64,000 bases of DNA from Eledone cirrhosa. Taxonomy: Eukaryota. The notes beneath the pieces are model-generated. The model saw only the letters and a program-made list of their open reading frames with translations. It was not told where the DNA came from and did no database searches. The stretch is taken from NCBI GenBank assembly GCA_964016885.1, contig OZ024742.1, positions 52,514,001-52,578,000 on the forward strand, written 5' to 3'. The position numbers were made by a program, and so were the translations under genes. Below, one piece after another: positions 1 to 12,434 of this stretch. The stretch's first letter is position 1. The number at the start of each line of letters is the position of its first letter.

Positions 1-3000
1 ACCGGAGACGGTGAACCCACAGGTGGTTATGTAACCATACATTCGCCAATCCTCGATAAGAGTGTTTAAATGTCGAACATAAACAGTTCGAATAACGGTG
101 AAATGGAGACTAGAACGTCATGTGACAGACTCTCACCCAACAGGTGCTCCCTGGCTCAGCAGCAGGGGCCTGGCTGTCAACCAAATACTGCTGGTGTCGG
201 AGGAAGAAGAAGAAGGAAACGGACCAGAACCAACTGGACGAAAGAATTGAATAGAACTGTTATGCAATGTTACCTGAAAAGTAACCCCAAGGAGAGGGGC
301 TATAGGAGACGGATGCATAACATCTGGAATGAGATTGGTCTATTTAAATTAGATGAACAAAAATTGGCCGGGCAGGCTCGGGTAATAAGAACTAATGGGT
401 GGATAAGCGAGCTGGAACTGGAGGAACTGAGCAGAGAGATTAGCTTGGAGATGGAGGGTGGAGTATGCCAGGCAAACGAGCCAGTGGGAAATGAAGGTGA
501 AGAGGTCGAGAGAACGGAGGAACCACCCGAAGCAGACAATGATCTGAATACTGAGATAAATAATACCTGGAACAGAGATACGGCCACTGAGGAGATGAAT
601 GCTGACGGGCTAGGACAAGATTTGGTTGACATCCTAAATTTAGTGGTAGATGAATTGAACAATGATAGTGGGAGACCTATGAACCTAAGATTTGTAGACA
701 GGAAAAAGTTAAAAGAAACAACAGCTAAGGTAAACAAAGTCATTCCATACCTTGAGGCGAGGAGCCTTCACCAGTGCAACAATATCCTCAAAGCAACAGC
801 AAATACGGTGAGGAAACTACTTGGTATAAAAGCGAGAGGAAACAACAGACAAGAAAGAGCAGCGCCTTGGTGGAAGAAACGACTGAGTGGTCAAATCAGG
901 GAAATGAGAAATGACATTGGAAAGCTTGAGTCCCTACTGAATGGGACAATAAAAAACATAGACACTAAAAATAGACTGGAAATAAAGTACAAAACTAGGA
1001 GGAAAAAGCTAAATATTATCATAGAGGAACTGAAGCAACGCATTGTAGCAAAGAGTGCAAAAATCAGGCGATACGAGAACAGAGTGAGTCAGTATAGACA
1101 GAACCGCATGTTCGACAACAACCAGAAGATGCCCTTTGGACAGCTGGAAGGGAAAGAAAGAGGCAACGACTTGATCCCTGGGGCGGAACAAACTAAAACC
1201 TTCTGGAGAGGAATATGGGAGCAGGATGTTAAACATAATGACCAGGCAGTGTGGATTAAGACAGTACAGAAGGAGATTAGTGAACAGGCACACGAAAAAA
1301 CTGATTTGAGTATCACAGTTGAAACTCTTAAGGGGCAGGCCAAAAAACGAACCAACTGGAAATCACCAGGCCCAGATGGTGTGCAGGGGTATTGGATTAA
1401 AAATATAACATCCCTCCACCCGAAACTGACAACCATGTTCAATGACTGTTTGATGTCAGGTGAGGTACCAGAGTGGTTGACAAAAGGTACCACAGTTCTG
1501 ATAATGAAAGACCGAATCAGGGGTAATGATGTTACCAACTATAGACCTATCACATGTCTGTCCGTAATGTGGAAACAGTTGACGAGCATTGTATCTGAGG
1601 AAATCTACCATCACCTCCACACAAACAACTTGTTACCGGAAGAACAGAAAGGATGCCGAAAGAAGTCACGTGGTACAAAGGACCAGTTACTTATTGATAA
1701 GCTGGTAATGGGGAATTGCAGGAGGAGACACACTGATCTTGCCATGGGATGGATAGACTACAAAAAGGCATTTGACATGGTGCCTCATTCTTGGATCACC
1801 AAAAGCCTGGAGATCTTCAAGGTGGCAGATAACATCAGACAGTTGTTGGGCAAAAGTATGAGGTCCTGGGAAACAAAGTTGACATCAACTGGAGAATCCT
1901 TGGGAAGCGTGAAGATCAAGAGAGGTATCTTCCAAGGAGATAGCCTGTCCCCTCTGCTGTTTGTCCTTGGCCTGATGCCCCTGACCAGTGTACTGCGAAA
2001 AGTGAGAGCAGGATACAAGTTGGGAAAGGGAGGGCTTAACATCAATCACCTCCTCTTCATGGACGATCTTAATCTCTTCGGGAAGAGTGAGAAGGAGTTG
2101 GATGTGCTTGTTGACACTGTCCGTACTTTCAGCAGTGATATATGTATGCAGTTTGGTATTAGTAAGTGTGGAGTCATTGTGATGAGGAGGGGTAGGTTGA
2201 GCAGAAGTAACGGAATCCAGATACCAACAGGTGAGATGATAAAGGAAATTGATTCTGAGGAAGGATACAAGTATTTGGGCGTTCTGGAGGCTGATGGCAT
2301 AAAGAACAAAAAAAATGAAGGGATTGTTAAGAACTGAATACATTCGGAGAGTAAGGAGCGTATTGAAGTCACATCTAAACAGCAGAAATGCCATAAGCGC
2401 AGTAAATTCCCGAGCTGTGTCTATTATTAGGTACAGTGCGGGAATCCTGAGATGGAATGTTGCTGAACAAAAACAAATGGATAGGAAGACTAGGAAGCTA
2501 TTGACTATCTACAACATGTTCCACAAGAGGAGGGATGTCGATAGACTCTACTTAAGGAGATCTGAGGGTGGAACAGGTCTTATCAGCATAGAAGACTGTG
2601 TTTAGATGGAGAAAAACAACCTACACAAAAACGTGACTGATAGTAGGGAGCCAATGCTCAGAACTGTACAGAAGGAGGGGACAATAGGCCAGGGGATGTC
2701 CAAGGAGGAAATAACATCAAGGAGAAAGAGCAGCCTTCAGGAAAAATCCCTTCATAGTACCTTCTTTGAGAAAACTGAATTTAGAGATCCACAGACATGG
2801 AACTGGTTGAGAAGAGGAGACCTTAAAAAGGCTACAGAAGGAATGTTAATGGCTGCGCAGGAGCAGGCCCTCAAAACGAAGTGGTTGAAACACCATATTT
2901 ACAAGGAGGAGGCTAGCCCACTGTGCAGGATCTGTGGAGAGAGAGAGAGGAGACTGTGGCTCACATTGTATCCGAGTGTAAACACCTAGCCCAGACCCAC

Positions 3001-3570
3001 TATAAGGGCTGGAGACATGATGTGATGGGCAGGGTGATCCACTGGCACCTATGCAAAGTAAACAATTAACACATTCTGAGAAATGGTATGAGCATAAGCC
3101 AGAGGCGGTGATAGAGAACGATCAGGTGAAGGTGCTGTGGGATTTTAGGATACAGACGGACAAGAAACTGGAACACAATAGACCTGACCTGGTGGTTGTG
3201 GACAAAGAAAAAAGATCGTGTCTGATTGTGGATGTGGCCTGCCCATTCGACACGAGAGTGCAAGAGAAGGAGAGGGAGAAAATTAACCGATACCAGGACT
3301 TAAAGTGGGAGGTAAAAAGGATTTGGAACTGCCATGAAGTCAAAGTGATCCCGATTGTCATAGGCGCACTGGGGACTACTCCAAAAGTTTCCAGGGATGG
3401 TTAAAGAAAATCGGTCCCTTCACGCTTTTTGGAACGCTTCAAAAGGCATGCTTGCTGGGAACAGCAAGAACCCTCCGATACGTCCTGAATATCTGAGGCT
3501 GCAGGTATTAGCTTGATATTCATTCTAACGGACTTTCCTGTTAACTAACATCAATGACTGAGACTCAAGG
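1..3570 (+). mobile_element. R4/Dong-clade non-LTR retrotransposon, family A copy 1 (ORF 70-3496 disrupted; 5' UTR cut by window edge)
   Basis: Myb-like N-terminus, RT motifs (KSPGPDG, YRPI, DYKKAFD, QGDSLSP, LFMDD), CRIC..H..C zinc knuckle, RPDL..D..EK restriction-like endonuclease. Frameshifts near 2310, 2945 and 3385, stop at 2603-2605. Ends in (TAA)n. Confidence 0.95.
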
Positions 3571-3593
3571 AATAATAATAATAATAATAATAA

Positions 3594-3624
<31 letters not shown>

Positions 3625-3632
3625 AAGAAGAA

Positions 3633-3704
<72 letters not shown>
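3571..3704 (+). repeat. (TAA)n-(GAA)n-(TAA)n microsatellite between tandem Dong copies
   Basis: Direct read. Confidence 0.98.
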
Positions 3705-6700
3705 GGGAAGAAGACGCACGAGGTGACGGAGGTCATGAAATCGCTCCCGTAAGTTTTGAATTTTTAACATATTTAAATCATTTGTGAAATAACAACTCTT
3801 AGTACAAATGCTACGTAAAGCACCCGGCTTGAGCCCCAAAAAAAACGGACCCCAAATATATTGGTATAAGGCTCAAATATTCAAATATTCAACTTTGTAT
3901 TGTACACTGTATATCCAAAAAAAAAAATGGCTATAAATGGAAGAAGAAGAAACCCCCCCCCCCTCCTCTCCTCTGGCTACACTATATAGGACAGCTAAAC
4001 TCACCAACACCAGAAACTAGATACACCACCCACCCCATCATCTGTGTACACTAAACACAACAGCATTTTCACCTTCACCGCCACCGCTCACTACGGCCAT
4101 CATTACCACCACTATCCCATCACCGCCGCCACCACCCCTTGACTCCTTCACTGCTGCTGCCACCGCTACAGCACCATCACTACAGTAATACGGTCGCATC
4201 ACCGCCACCACTGCCTCGGTATCGACATCACCACCACCACTGTCTCAGTATCGCCAGCGCCGCCAGCCTCCCACTTCTCCCTGCTGGCTGCTACTACTTC
4301 CACATTATAGAATCCCTACTACTAACAAAGAGGAAGGCATCAAAATATATAGATAGACTCAAAAGAAAAAAGAAAAAACAAACAACAAAACCAAAGCAGC
4401 ACAGCAACAACAGCAAAAAACGAGAAAAACAAACAGAGAAAAACAAAAACAAAAAAAGAAACCCCAAAAACGTAAAGAAAATAAGAATGAAGAGAGAAGC
4501 AGGCGGACGGACAGAGAAGAGGGGGGAAAAAGTAAAACTTAAAAAACAAAAACTAAGTCAGACATTCGAATACTACATTACAATGAAACTTATGCTTATT
4601 CATTTTTGGGGCCCTTTCTGCCCGTGTGTTTGTTTGTTTATGTGTGTTCGTATACAGCGTGGTGATAATGCCACACAAGGGCCAAGTGGGATGGCGGATC
4701 CACAGATGGCTATGTAAACATACATTCGCCAATCCTCGATAAGAGTGTTTAAATATCGAACATAAACAGTTCGAATAACGGTGAAATGGAGACTAGATCG
4801 TCATGTGACAGACTCTCACCCAACAGGTGCCCCCTGGCTCAGCAGCAGGAACCTGACTGTCAACCAAATACTGCTGATGTTGGAGGAAGAAGAAGAAGGA
4901 AAGGGGCCAGAACCAACTGGACGAAAGAATTGAATAGAACTGTTATGCAATGCTACCTGAAAAGTAACCCCAAGGAGAGGGGCTACAGGAGACGGATGCA
5001 TAACATCTGGAACGAGATTGGTTTATTTAAATTAGATGAACAAAAATTGGCCGGGCAGGCTCGGGTAATAAGAACTAATGGGTGGATAAGCGAGCTGGAA
5101 CTGGAGGAACTGAGCAGAGAGAATGGCTTGGAGATGGCGGGTGTAGTATGCCAGCCAAGCGAGCCGGTGGGAAATGAAGGTGAGGAGGTCCTGAGAACGG
5201 AGGAACCACCCGAAGCAGACAACGATCTGAATACTGAGATAAATAATACCTGGAACAGAGATACGGCCACTGAGGAGATGAATGCTGACGGGCTAGGACA
5301 AGATTCGGTTGACATCCTAAATCTAGTGGTAGATGAATTGAACAATGATAGTGGGAGACCTATGAACCTAAGATTTGTAGACAGGAAAAAGTTAAAAGAA
5401 ACAACAGCTAAGGTAAACAAAGTCATCCCATACCTTGAGGCGAGGAGTCTGCACCAGTGCAACAATATCCTCAAAGCAACAGCAAATACGGTGAGGAAAC
5501 TACTTGGTATAAAAGCGAGAGGAAACAACAGACAAGAAAGAGCAGAGCCGTGGTGGAAGAAGCGACTGAGTGGGCAAATCGGGGAAATGAGAGATGACAT
5601 AGGAAAGCTTGAGTCACTACTGAATGGGACACTAAAAAACATAGGCACTAAAAATAGACTGGAAATAAAATACAAAACTAGGAGTAAAAAGCTAAATATT
5701 ATCATAGAGGAATTGAAGCAACGCATTGTAGCAAAGAGTGCCAAAATCAGGCGATACGAGAACAGAGTCAGTCAGTATAAACAGAACCGCATGTTCGACA
5801 ACAACCAGAAGATGCTGTTTGGACAGCTTGAGGGGAAAGAAAGAAGCAACGACTTGATCCCTGGGGCGGAACAAGCTAAAACATTCTGGAGAGGAATATG
5901 GGAGCAGGATGTTAGACACAATGCCCAGGCAGGGTGGATTGAGACAGTACAGAGGGAGATCGGTGAGAAGGCACAACAACAGACTGATTTGAGTATCACA
6001 GTTGAAACTCTTAAGGGGCAAGCCAAAAAACTAACCAACTGGAAATCACCAGGCCCAGATGGTGTGCAGGGGTATTGGATTAAACATTTAACATCCCTCC
6101 ACCCGAAGCTGACGGCCATGTTCAATGACTGCTTGGTGTCGGGTGAGGTGCCAGAGTGGTTGACAAAAGGTACCACAGTTCTGATAATGAAAGACCGAAT
6201 CAAGGGTAATGATGTTACCAACTATAGACCTATCACATGTCTGCCCGTAATGTGGAAACTGTTGACGAGCATTGTGTCTGAGGAAATCTACCATCACCTC
6301 CACACAAACAACTTGTTACCGGACGAACAGAAAGGATGCCGAAAGAAGTCACGTGGTACAAAGGACCAGTTGCTTATTGATAAGATGGTAATGGGGAATT
6401 GCAGGAGGAGACACACTGATCTTGCCATGGGATGGATAGACTACAGAAAGGCATTTGACATGGTGCCTCATTCCTGGATCACCAAAAGCCTGGAGGTCTT
6501 CAGGGTGGCAGATAACATCAGACAGTTGTTGGGCAGGAGTATGGGGTCCTGGGAGACAGAGTTGACATCAACTGGAGTATCCTTGGGAAGCGTGAAGATC
6601 AAGAGAGGTATCTTCCAGGGAGATAGCCTGTCCCCTCTGTTGTTTGTCCTTGCCCTGATGCCCTTGACCATTATGCTGCGAAAAGTGAGAGCAGGATACA

Positions 6701-8252
6701 AGTTGGGAAGGGGAGAGCTTACCATCAATCACCTCCTCTTCATGGACGATCTTAAGCTCTTCGGGAAAAGTGAGAAGGAGTTGGATGTGCTTGTTGACAC
6801 TGTCCGTATTTTCAGCAGTGATATATGTATGCAGTTTGGTATTGGTAAATGTGGAGTCATTGTGATGAAGAGGGGTAGGTTGAGCAGAAGTAACGGGATC
6901 CAGATACCAACAGGTGAGATGATAAGGGAAATTGACTCTGAGGAAGGATACAAGTATTTGGGCGTTCTGGAGGCTGATGGCATAAAGAACAAAAAAATGA
7001 AGGAATTGTTAAGAACTGAATACATTCGGAGAGTAAGGAGCGTATTGAAGTCACATCTGAACAGCAGAAATGCCATAAGCGCAGTAAATTCCCGAGCTGT
7101 GTCTATTATTAGGTACAGTGCGGGAATTCTGAGATGGAATGTTGCTGAACAAAAAGAAATGGATAGGAAGACTAGGAAGCTATTGACTATCTACAACATG
7201 TTCCACAAGAGGAGTGATGTCGATAGACTCTACCTAAGGAGATCTGAGGGTGGAAGAGGTCTTATCAGCATAGAGGACTGTGTTCAGATGGAGAAAAACA
7301 ACTTATACAAATACGTGACCTATAGTAAGGAGCCAATGCTCAGAACTGTACTGAAGGAGGGGACAGTAGGCCAGGGGATGTCCAAGGAGGAAATAACATC
7401 AAGGAGGAAGAGCAGCCTTAAGGGAAAATCCCTTCATAGTACCTTCTTTGAGAAAACTGAATTTAGAGATCCACAGACATGGAACTGGTTGAGAAGAGGA
7501 GACCTCAAAAAGGCTACAGAAGGAATGCTAATGGCTGCGCAGGAGCAGGCCCTCAAAACGAAGTGGTTGAAGCACCATATCTACAAGGAGGAGGCTAGCC
7601 CACTGTGCAGGATCTGTGGAGAGAGAGAGGAGACTGTGGCTCACATTGTGTCCGAGTGTAAACACCTAGCCCAGACCCACTATAAGGGCTGGAGACACGA
7701 TGTGATGGGCAGGGTGATCCACTGGCACCTGTGCAAAGTAAGCAATCTACCACATTCTGAGAAATGGTATGAGCATAGGCCAGAGGCGGTGATGGAGAAC
7801 AGTCAGGTGAAGGTGCTGTGGGATTTTAGGATACAGACGGACAAAAAACTGGAACACAATAGACCTGACCTGGTGGTTATGGACAAAGAAAAAAGATCGT
7901 GCCTGATTGTGGATGTGGCCTGCCCGTTCGACACGAGAGTGCAAGAGAAGGAGAGGGAGAAAATTAACCGATACCAGGACCTAAAGTGGGAGGTGAAAAG
8001 GATATGGAACTGCCATGAAGTCAAAGTGATCCCGATTGTCATAGGCGCACTGGGGACTATCTCCAAAGGTTTCCAGGGATGATTAAAGAAAATCGGCCCC
8101 TTCACGCTTTTTGGAACGCTTCAAAAGGCATGCTTGCTTGGAACAGCAAGAACCCTCCGATACGTCCTGAATATCTGAGGCTGCAGGTAGTGGCTTGATA
8201 TTCAATCCAACGGACTTTCCAGTTAACCAACATCAATGACTGAGATTCAAGG
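3705..8252 (+). mobile_element. R4/Dong family A copy 2, full length with ~1.08-kb 5' UTR
   Basis: The 5' head GGGAAGAAGACGCAC..ATCGCTCCCGTAAG recurs at 8283 (+) and 43658 (-), each time next to a TAA tract. 3' UTR matches the other copies. TAA tail. Confidence 0.95.
4786..8178 (+). pseudogene. Dong RT-RLE polyprotein, 1098 aa open then premature TGA at 8080-8082 (TGG in other copies); natural stop 8176-8178
   Basis: ORF track, and comparison with the C-terminus of the 32606-35512 copy (..GWLKKIGPF..RYVLNI). Confidence 0.9.
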
Positions 8253-8282
8253 AATAACAATAACAATAATAATAATAATAAT

Positions 8283-9075
8283 GGAAGAAGACGCACGTGG
8301 TGGAAAGAAGGTCATGAAATCGCTCCCGTAAGTTTTTGATTTTTAACATATTTAAATCAATTGTGAAATAACAATTCTTAGTACAAATGATGCATAAACA
8401 CCAGACTCAAGACTCAGGAAAATTCGGATCCATAATATATTGTTATATCGCTCAAATATTCAATTTTGTAATATACATTTTACATTCAAAAAAGAAAATG
8501 GTTATAAATGGAAGAAAACCCCCTCTGTCTACACTATATAGAACAGCCAAATAACAGCAATTTCACCAACACCACAAACTAGATACACCACCTACCGCAT
8601 CACTCCTCTGTGTACACTAAATAAAACAGCCAGATAACGGCAATTTCACCACCACCACCGCCAATCCCAGCATAATAATTATAATTACTATTATTATTGT
8701 CTCAAATTTTCACAAAATGTTTAATTCCAATATTAAGAAAAATATGTCAACACATATACGCGACTAACCACATAAATTCACCGATAAAACAAAAATACAG
8801 TCTATTCAACAAAACTCAGTAACGACAACGCTATCACTACAGTCACCGCCGCCACCACCCATCCATCATTGCTACCACTATACCATCGCCGCCGCTACTC
8901 CCCCATTACCTTCTGTTAACTTACGAAAGGGGAAGGTGGCGGTATCACTAGACAATGTTAATAAACAATATTAATATTTAATTTTGGATCAGGAATGTTA
9001 GAGTCGAAAAGGAGAAAAATGGCAAAATGACTAAATAGCTAAATAGCTAAAAATAATCTGAGGCTGCAGGTAGTG
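8283..9075 (+). mobile_element. Dong family A 5' UTR fragment (rearranged) ending in ~22 nt of family A 3' end/UTR sequence
   Basis: Homologous to 3705-4150 and to 43420-43658 (-). ATCTGAGGCTGCAGGTAGTGG at ~9056-9076 matches 8173-8193. Confidence 0.8.
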
Positions 9076-9088
9076 GATAGACAGACAA

Positions 9089-11431
9089 ATGAAAGAAACA
9101 GCTCACCTTGAAGAACAAACATGGGAAAATATAACAGTTGAACAGCTGCGCTTGGCTCTAAGAAAAACCAGCAAATGGAAATCCCCAGGAAAAGACAAAA
9201 TACAAAACTTTTGGATAAATGCCTTCACAGAGTCTCATGAGCTGTTAGCCCAACTTTACAATGAAATAGTTAAGGAGCCAGAAAAGATACCATCATGGCT
9301 AGTTAACGGCATTACATTCCTGCTACCGAAGAATGATGAGACAAACAATCCCAAAAATTACAGACCGATAACCTGCTTGACCACAATGTATAAAATGTTA
9401 ACATCAGTCCTAACTGAATACACATATGACCACCTGATAACAAATGACCTATTTCCCATTGAGCAGAAAGGGTGTAAACGAGGCTCATATGGCTGTAAGG
9501 ATCAGCTTCTGGTTAACAAAATGATACTGGAAGATTGTCATAATAGACACAAAAATCTATCGATTGCTTGGATAGATTATAAAAAAGCATTCGATAGTTT
9601 GCCACACAGTTGGATTGAAAAATGTTTAGAGATTTTCAAAATATCCCCCGTTGTCAGGAGGTTTTTGTCATTCAGTATGAGGACATGGAGAACGACACTC
9701 CTTTTGAATAGTGAAACAAAACCACTGGAAGCTGGAGAAGTTAACATTAATTGTGGAAGTTTTCAGGGTGACTCTTTATCACCGCTTTTATTCTGCATCG
9801 CACTTATACCATTAAGTAAAATGCTCAATGAAACAAAACATGGATATAGAGTCTATGACAAAACCATTAATCACTTGTTCTACATGGATGACCTGAAACT
9901 ATTTGTAAAAGATGATGAACAATTGCAAGGGCTATTATCCACTGTGAAGCAGTTCAGTGATGACATTAAAATGGAGTTTGGACTGGATAAATGCGCCAAA
10001 GCAACGTTCACCAGAGGAAAGCTGCTGAAGAGTTCAGACATTAATCTTGATCGGGGGAACGTGATAAGAGAGCTTGATCAAGAAAAAACTTACAAATATC
10101 TAGGTGTTTGTGAAGGAGACGGAATCAAGCACTCGACAATGAGGGAAAGGATAAGGAAGGAATGTTACCGCAGAGTCAGAGCAATCTTAAGAACGGAATT
10201 GAATGCAAGGAATAGGATCGATGCCATAAACACGCTTGCCATACCAGTAGTAACCTACAGTTACAATGTCATCAACTGGTCAAGCACAGAGATCCGTAGG
10301 CTCGATACAAAAATCCGAAAATTCTTAACCATGCACAGAATGCATCACCCTAAGGCAGACATAGATAGAATATATCTCCCTAGGAAAGAAGGAGGACGTG
10401 GGTTAATCCAGTTAGACATTGCGTTGAAAACTGCAACAATTGGATTATCCACATATCTAAGGGAATCACATGATTGGATGATCAAACTCGTTTTGAAACA
10501 CGAAAGCACCAAAAGATCATATTCCATTACAAAAGATGCACAAAGATACAGTAATGGACTACAAATTTCAGAAGTCCCATTTACTGCTGAAATGGAAAAC
10601 ACAGAAAAAGCAAAGCAGGTAAAAGTAACTGCAAAGAAAGAACTGCTACAGAAACTGGCTAAGAAATGGCAAGAAAAGCCTCTGTATGGAAAATACCCAG
10701 AGCGAGCTAACAATCCTGATGTTGACAAAACTTTAACCCATCAGTGGTTGGCATCCTCTGGACTGAAATCGGAGACTGAAGGACTGATTATATCGGCACA
10801 AGATCAGTGTCTGCCAACAAAAAATTACCAAGCCAACATAATAAAAAATGGGTGCAGCCCATTATGCCGTGTATGCAAAAAACAACCAGAGACCATTGAC
10901 CATATAATTTCAATGTGCAGTCCTATAGCTCCAACCGAATACCTAAACAGGCATGACAAAGCTGCACAATACATACATTGGATAATGTGTAAGCATTTTG
11001 ACCTGCCCCATCAAAAGAATTGGTGGGAGCATCAACCACCTCCCATACTTGAAAAAGATCACATCTCAATCTTGTGGAACTTTAGCATCCAAACAGACCG
11101 AAAAATAGATGCAAATAGACCTGATATAATATTGAAGGACTTTCAAAGGAGGGTATGCCTGCTAATTGATATGTCTGTTCCAATAGACAAGAATGTATCT
11201 ATAAAAACATTTGAAAAATTGAGCAAGTATAAGGACCTGGAGATAGAAATTGGAAAAATGTGGAAATTGAGAACTAAAACAATACCAGTGGTTGTAGGCG
11301 CTCTGGGAATGATACCTAAGGGGTCTAACGACTACTTATCGCAAATCCCAGGAAACCCGCGTATAGGAGAAATACAAAAGATAGTACTAATGGGAACTGC
11401 CCATATACTAAGGAAGATCCTGTCAATATAA
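9089..11431 (+). CDS. R4/Dong family B RT-RLE ORF (780 aa, 5'-truncated but uninterrupted); element runs to ~11571
   Basis: KSPGKD, YRPI, DYKKAFD, QGDSLSP, FYMDD, CRVC..H..C, NRHD, RPDII..D..EK. Ends LMGTAHILRKILSI, then TAA tail. Confidence 0.93.
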   Translation: MKETAHLEEQTWENITVEQLRLALRKTSKWKSPGKDKIQNFWINAFTESHELLAQLYNEIVKEPEKIPSWLVNGITFLLPKNDETNNPKNYRPITCLTTMYKMLTSVLTEYTYDHLITNDLFPIEQKGCKRGSYGCKDQLLVNKMILEDCHNRHKNLSIAWIDYKKAFDSLPHSWIEKCLEIFKISPVVRRFLSFSMRTWRTTLLLNSETKPLEAGEVNINCGSFQGDSLSPLLFCIALIPLSKMLNETKHGYRVYDKTINHLFYMDDLKLFVKDDEQLQGLLSTVKQFSDDIKMEFGLDKCAKATFTRGKLLKSSDINLDRGNVIRELDQEKTYKYLGVCEGDGIKHSTMRERIRKECYRRVRAILRTELNARNRIDAINTLAIPVVTYSYNVINWSSTEIRRLDTKIRKFLTMHRMHHPKADIDRIYLPRKEGGRGLIQLDIALKTATIGLSTYLRESHDWMIKLVLKHESTKRSYSITKDAQRYSNGLQISEVPFTAEMENTEKAKQVKVTAKKELLQKLAKKWQEKPLYGKYPERANNPDVDKTLTHQWLASSGLKSETEGLIISAQDQCLPTKNYQANIIKNGCSPLCRVCKKQPETIDHIISMCSPIAPTEYLNRHDKAAQYIHWIMCKHFDLPHQKNWWEHQPPPILEKDHISILWNFSIQTDRKIDANRPDIILKDFQRRVCLLIDMSVPIDKNVSIKTFEKLSKYKDLEIEIGKMWKLRTKTIPVVVGALGMIPKGSNDYLSQIPGNPRIGEIQKIVLMGTAHILRKILSI

Positions 11432-11571
11432 GTACATCACAAGTCTAAACACTAAGGATGCATGTGTGAATATGTATGTTCTTTCTTGAACATGGCGGAC
11501 CTTGTTGTCTCTTGAGGTCACTGGTTGTGACTTGGTGATAACTCGTATAAACATAAAGCAAGATAAATGCA

Positions 11572-11638
<67 letters not shown>

Positions 11639-11652
11639 GTAATAATAATAAT
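11572..11652 (+). repeat. (TAA)n microsatellite shared by tail-to-tail Dong and Tx1 3' ends
   Basis: Direct read. Confidence 0.98.
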
Positions 11653-12420
11653 GATTTCTTTATTAACCACAAGGGTTTACATAAAGTAGACATTAAGGAC
11701 AGTGCAGGACAATGCAGGACGGTACAAATGGGCATTTCTGCGTGTAAAAAAACAAAAACAGAGGATGTAACAAAAATAACAATGAAAATAACAATGAAAA
11801 ATTCCCCAATAGGGGGGAGACTTCGGAGGGACATTTGTGGAGAAAGCCCAGTAAAAAGCCACAATGACCCTGACCACCAAGGCAAGTGCCCTCTCCCAGT
11901 TTTCCACCTTTAGTTTACAGATATATACTCAGAGTCGGCCCATTCACTCGGGCCATTCTTGCTTCTCTCACCCATCTTTCAACAAAATGCTGGGAAGAGA
12001 GCACTTCCTTCTCTACTCTGATTTTCCTTTTCAAATGAAATTTGAAAAAGTCAATCAGAGCATCACCGAAGAGGTAAGTGCTCGTCTTCAGCCCTTTCAA
12101 ACGTGTCCACCATACTATCTCTTTCGCCATGGCCACCAGGCAGATAAAAACTGCCTGCCCTTCCCGGCTAAAGGAGGAGGGCGGGGCAATCCTCACGATG
12201 GACTCAGATGATAGCCGGATCCGTCCTAAACGCGACAGCAGGTGTTCGACATAAACCCACAAGTCAGCAATTTTCGGACACTGGACGAGTGCGTGCAGGA
12301 CGGTTTCGTCGCCCTGCGCGCATCTCGGACATGCCCGGCTGACGGCACCTCCATGCCTGTAGAGTTTATCCCGAACTGGCAAGGCTCCTCGGTAGCACTG
12401 CCAGGCCAGAGATTTCTGGA
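11653..12420 (-). mobile_element. Tx1/L1-clade element, 3' fragment (family 2)
   Basis: zf-RVT motif CPRC..ETVLHALVQC. 3' UTR nearly identical to 23570-23822. Ends AATAAGAAATCA+(TTA)n on its sense strand. Confidence 0.92.
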
Positions 12421-12434
12421 GTAATAATAATAAT

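Noticed and set aside
3525-3839. Poly-L/Y/I/R ORFs, and similar ORFs at 17.8, 47, 49.2, 52.4 and 53.2 kb
   Set aside because: Translations of microsatellites.
4139-4717. 192-aa ORF upstream of the Dong ORF as a possible ORF1
   Set aside because: Low complexity, non-ATG start, not conserved in the other 5' UTR copies.
4983-5744. Recurrent antisense ORFs over Dong and Tx1 coding regions
   Set aside because: Shadow frames. They recur only because the elements are near-identical copies.
8080-8082. In-frame TGA as selenocysteine or programmed readthrough
   Set aside because: TGG (Trp) in all sibling copies; a simple nonsense mutation.
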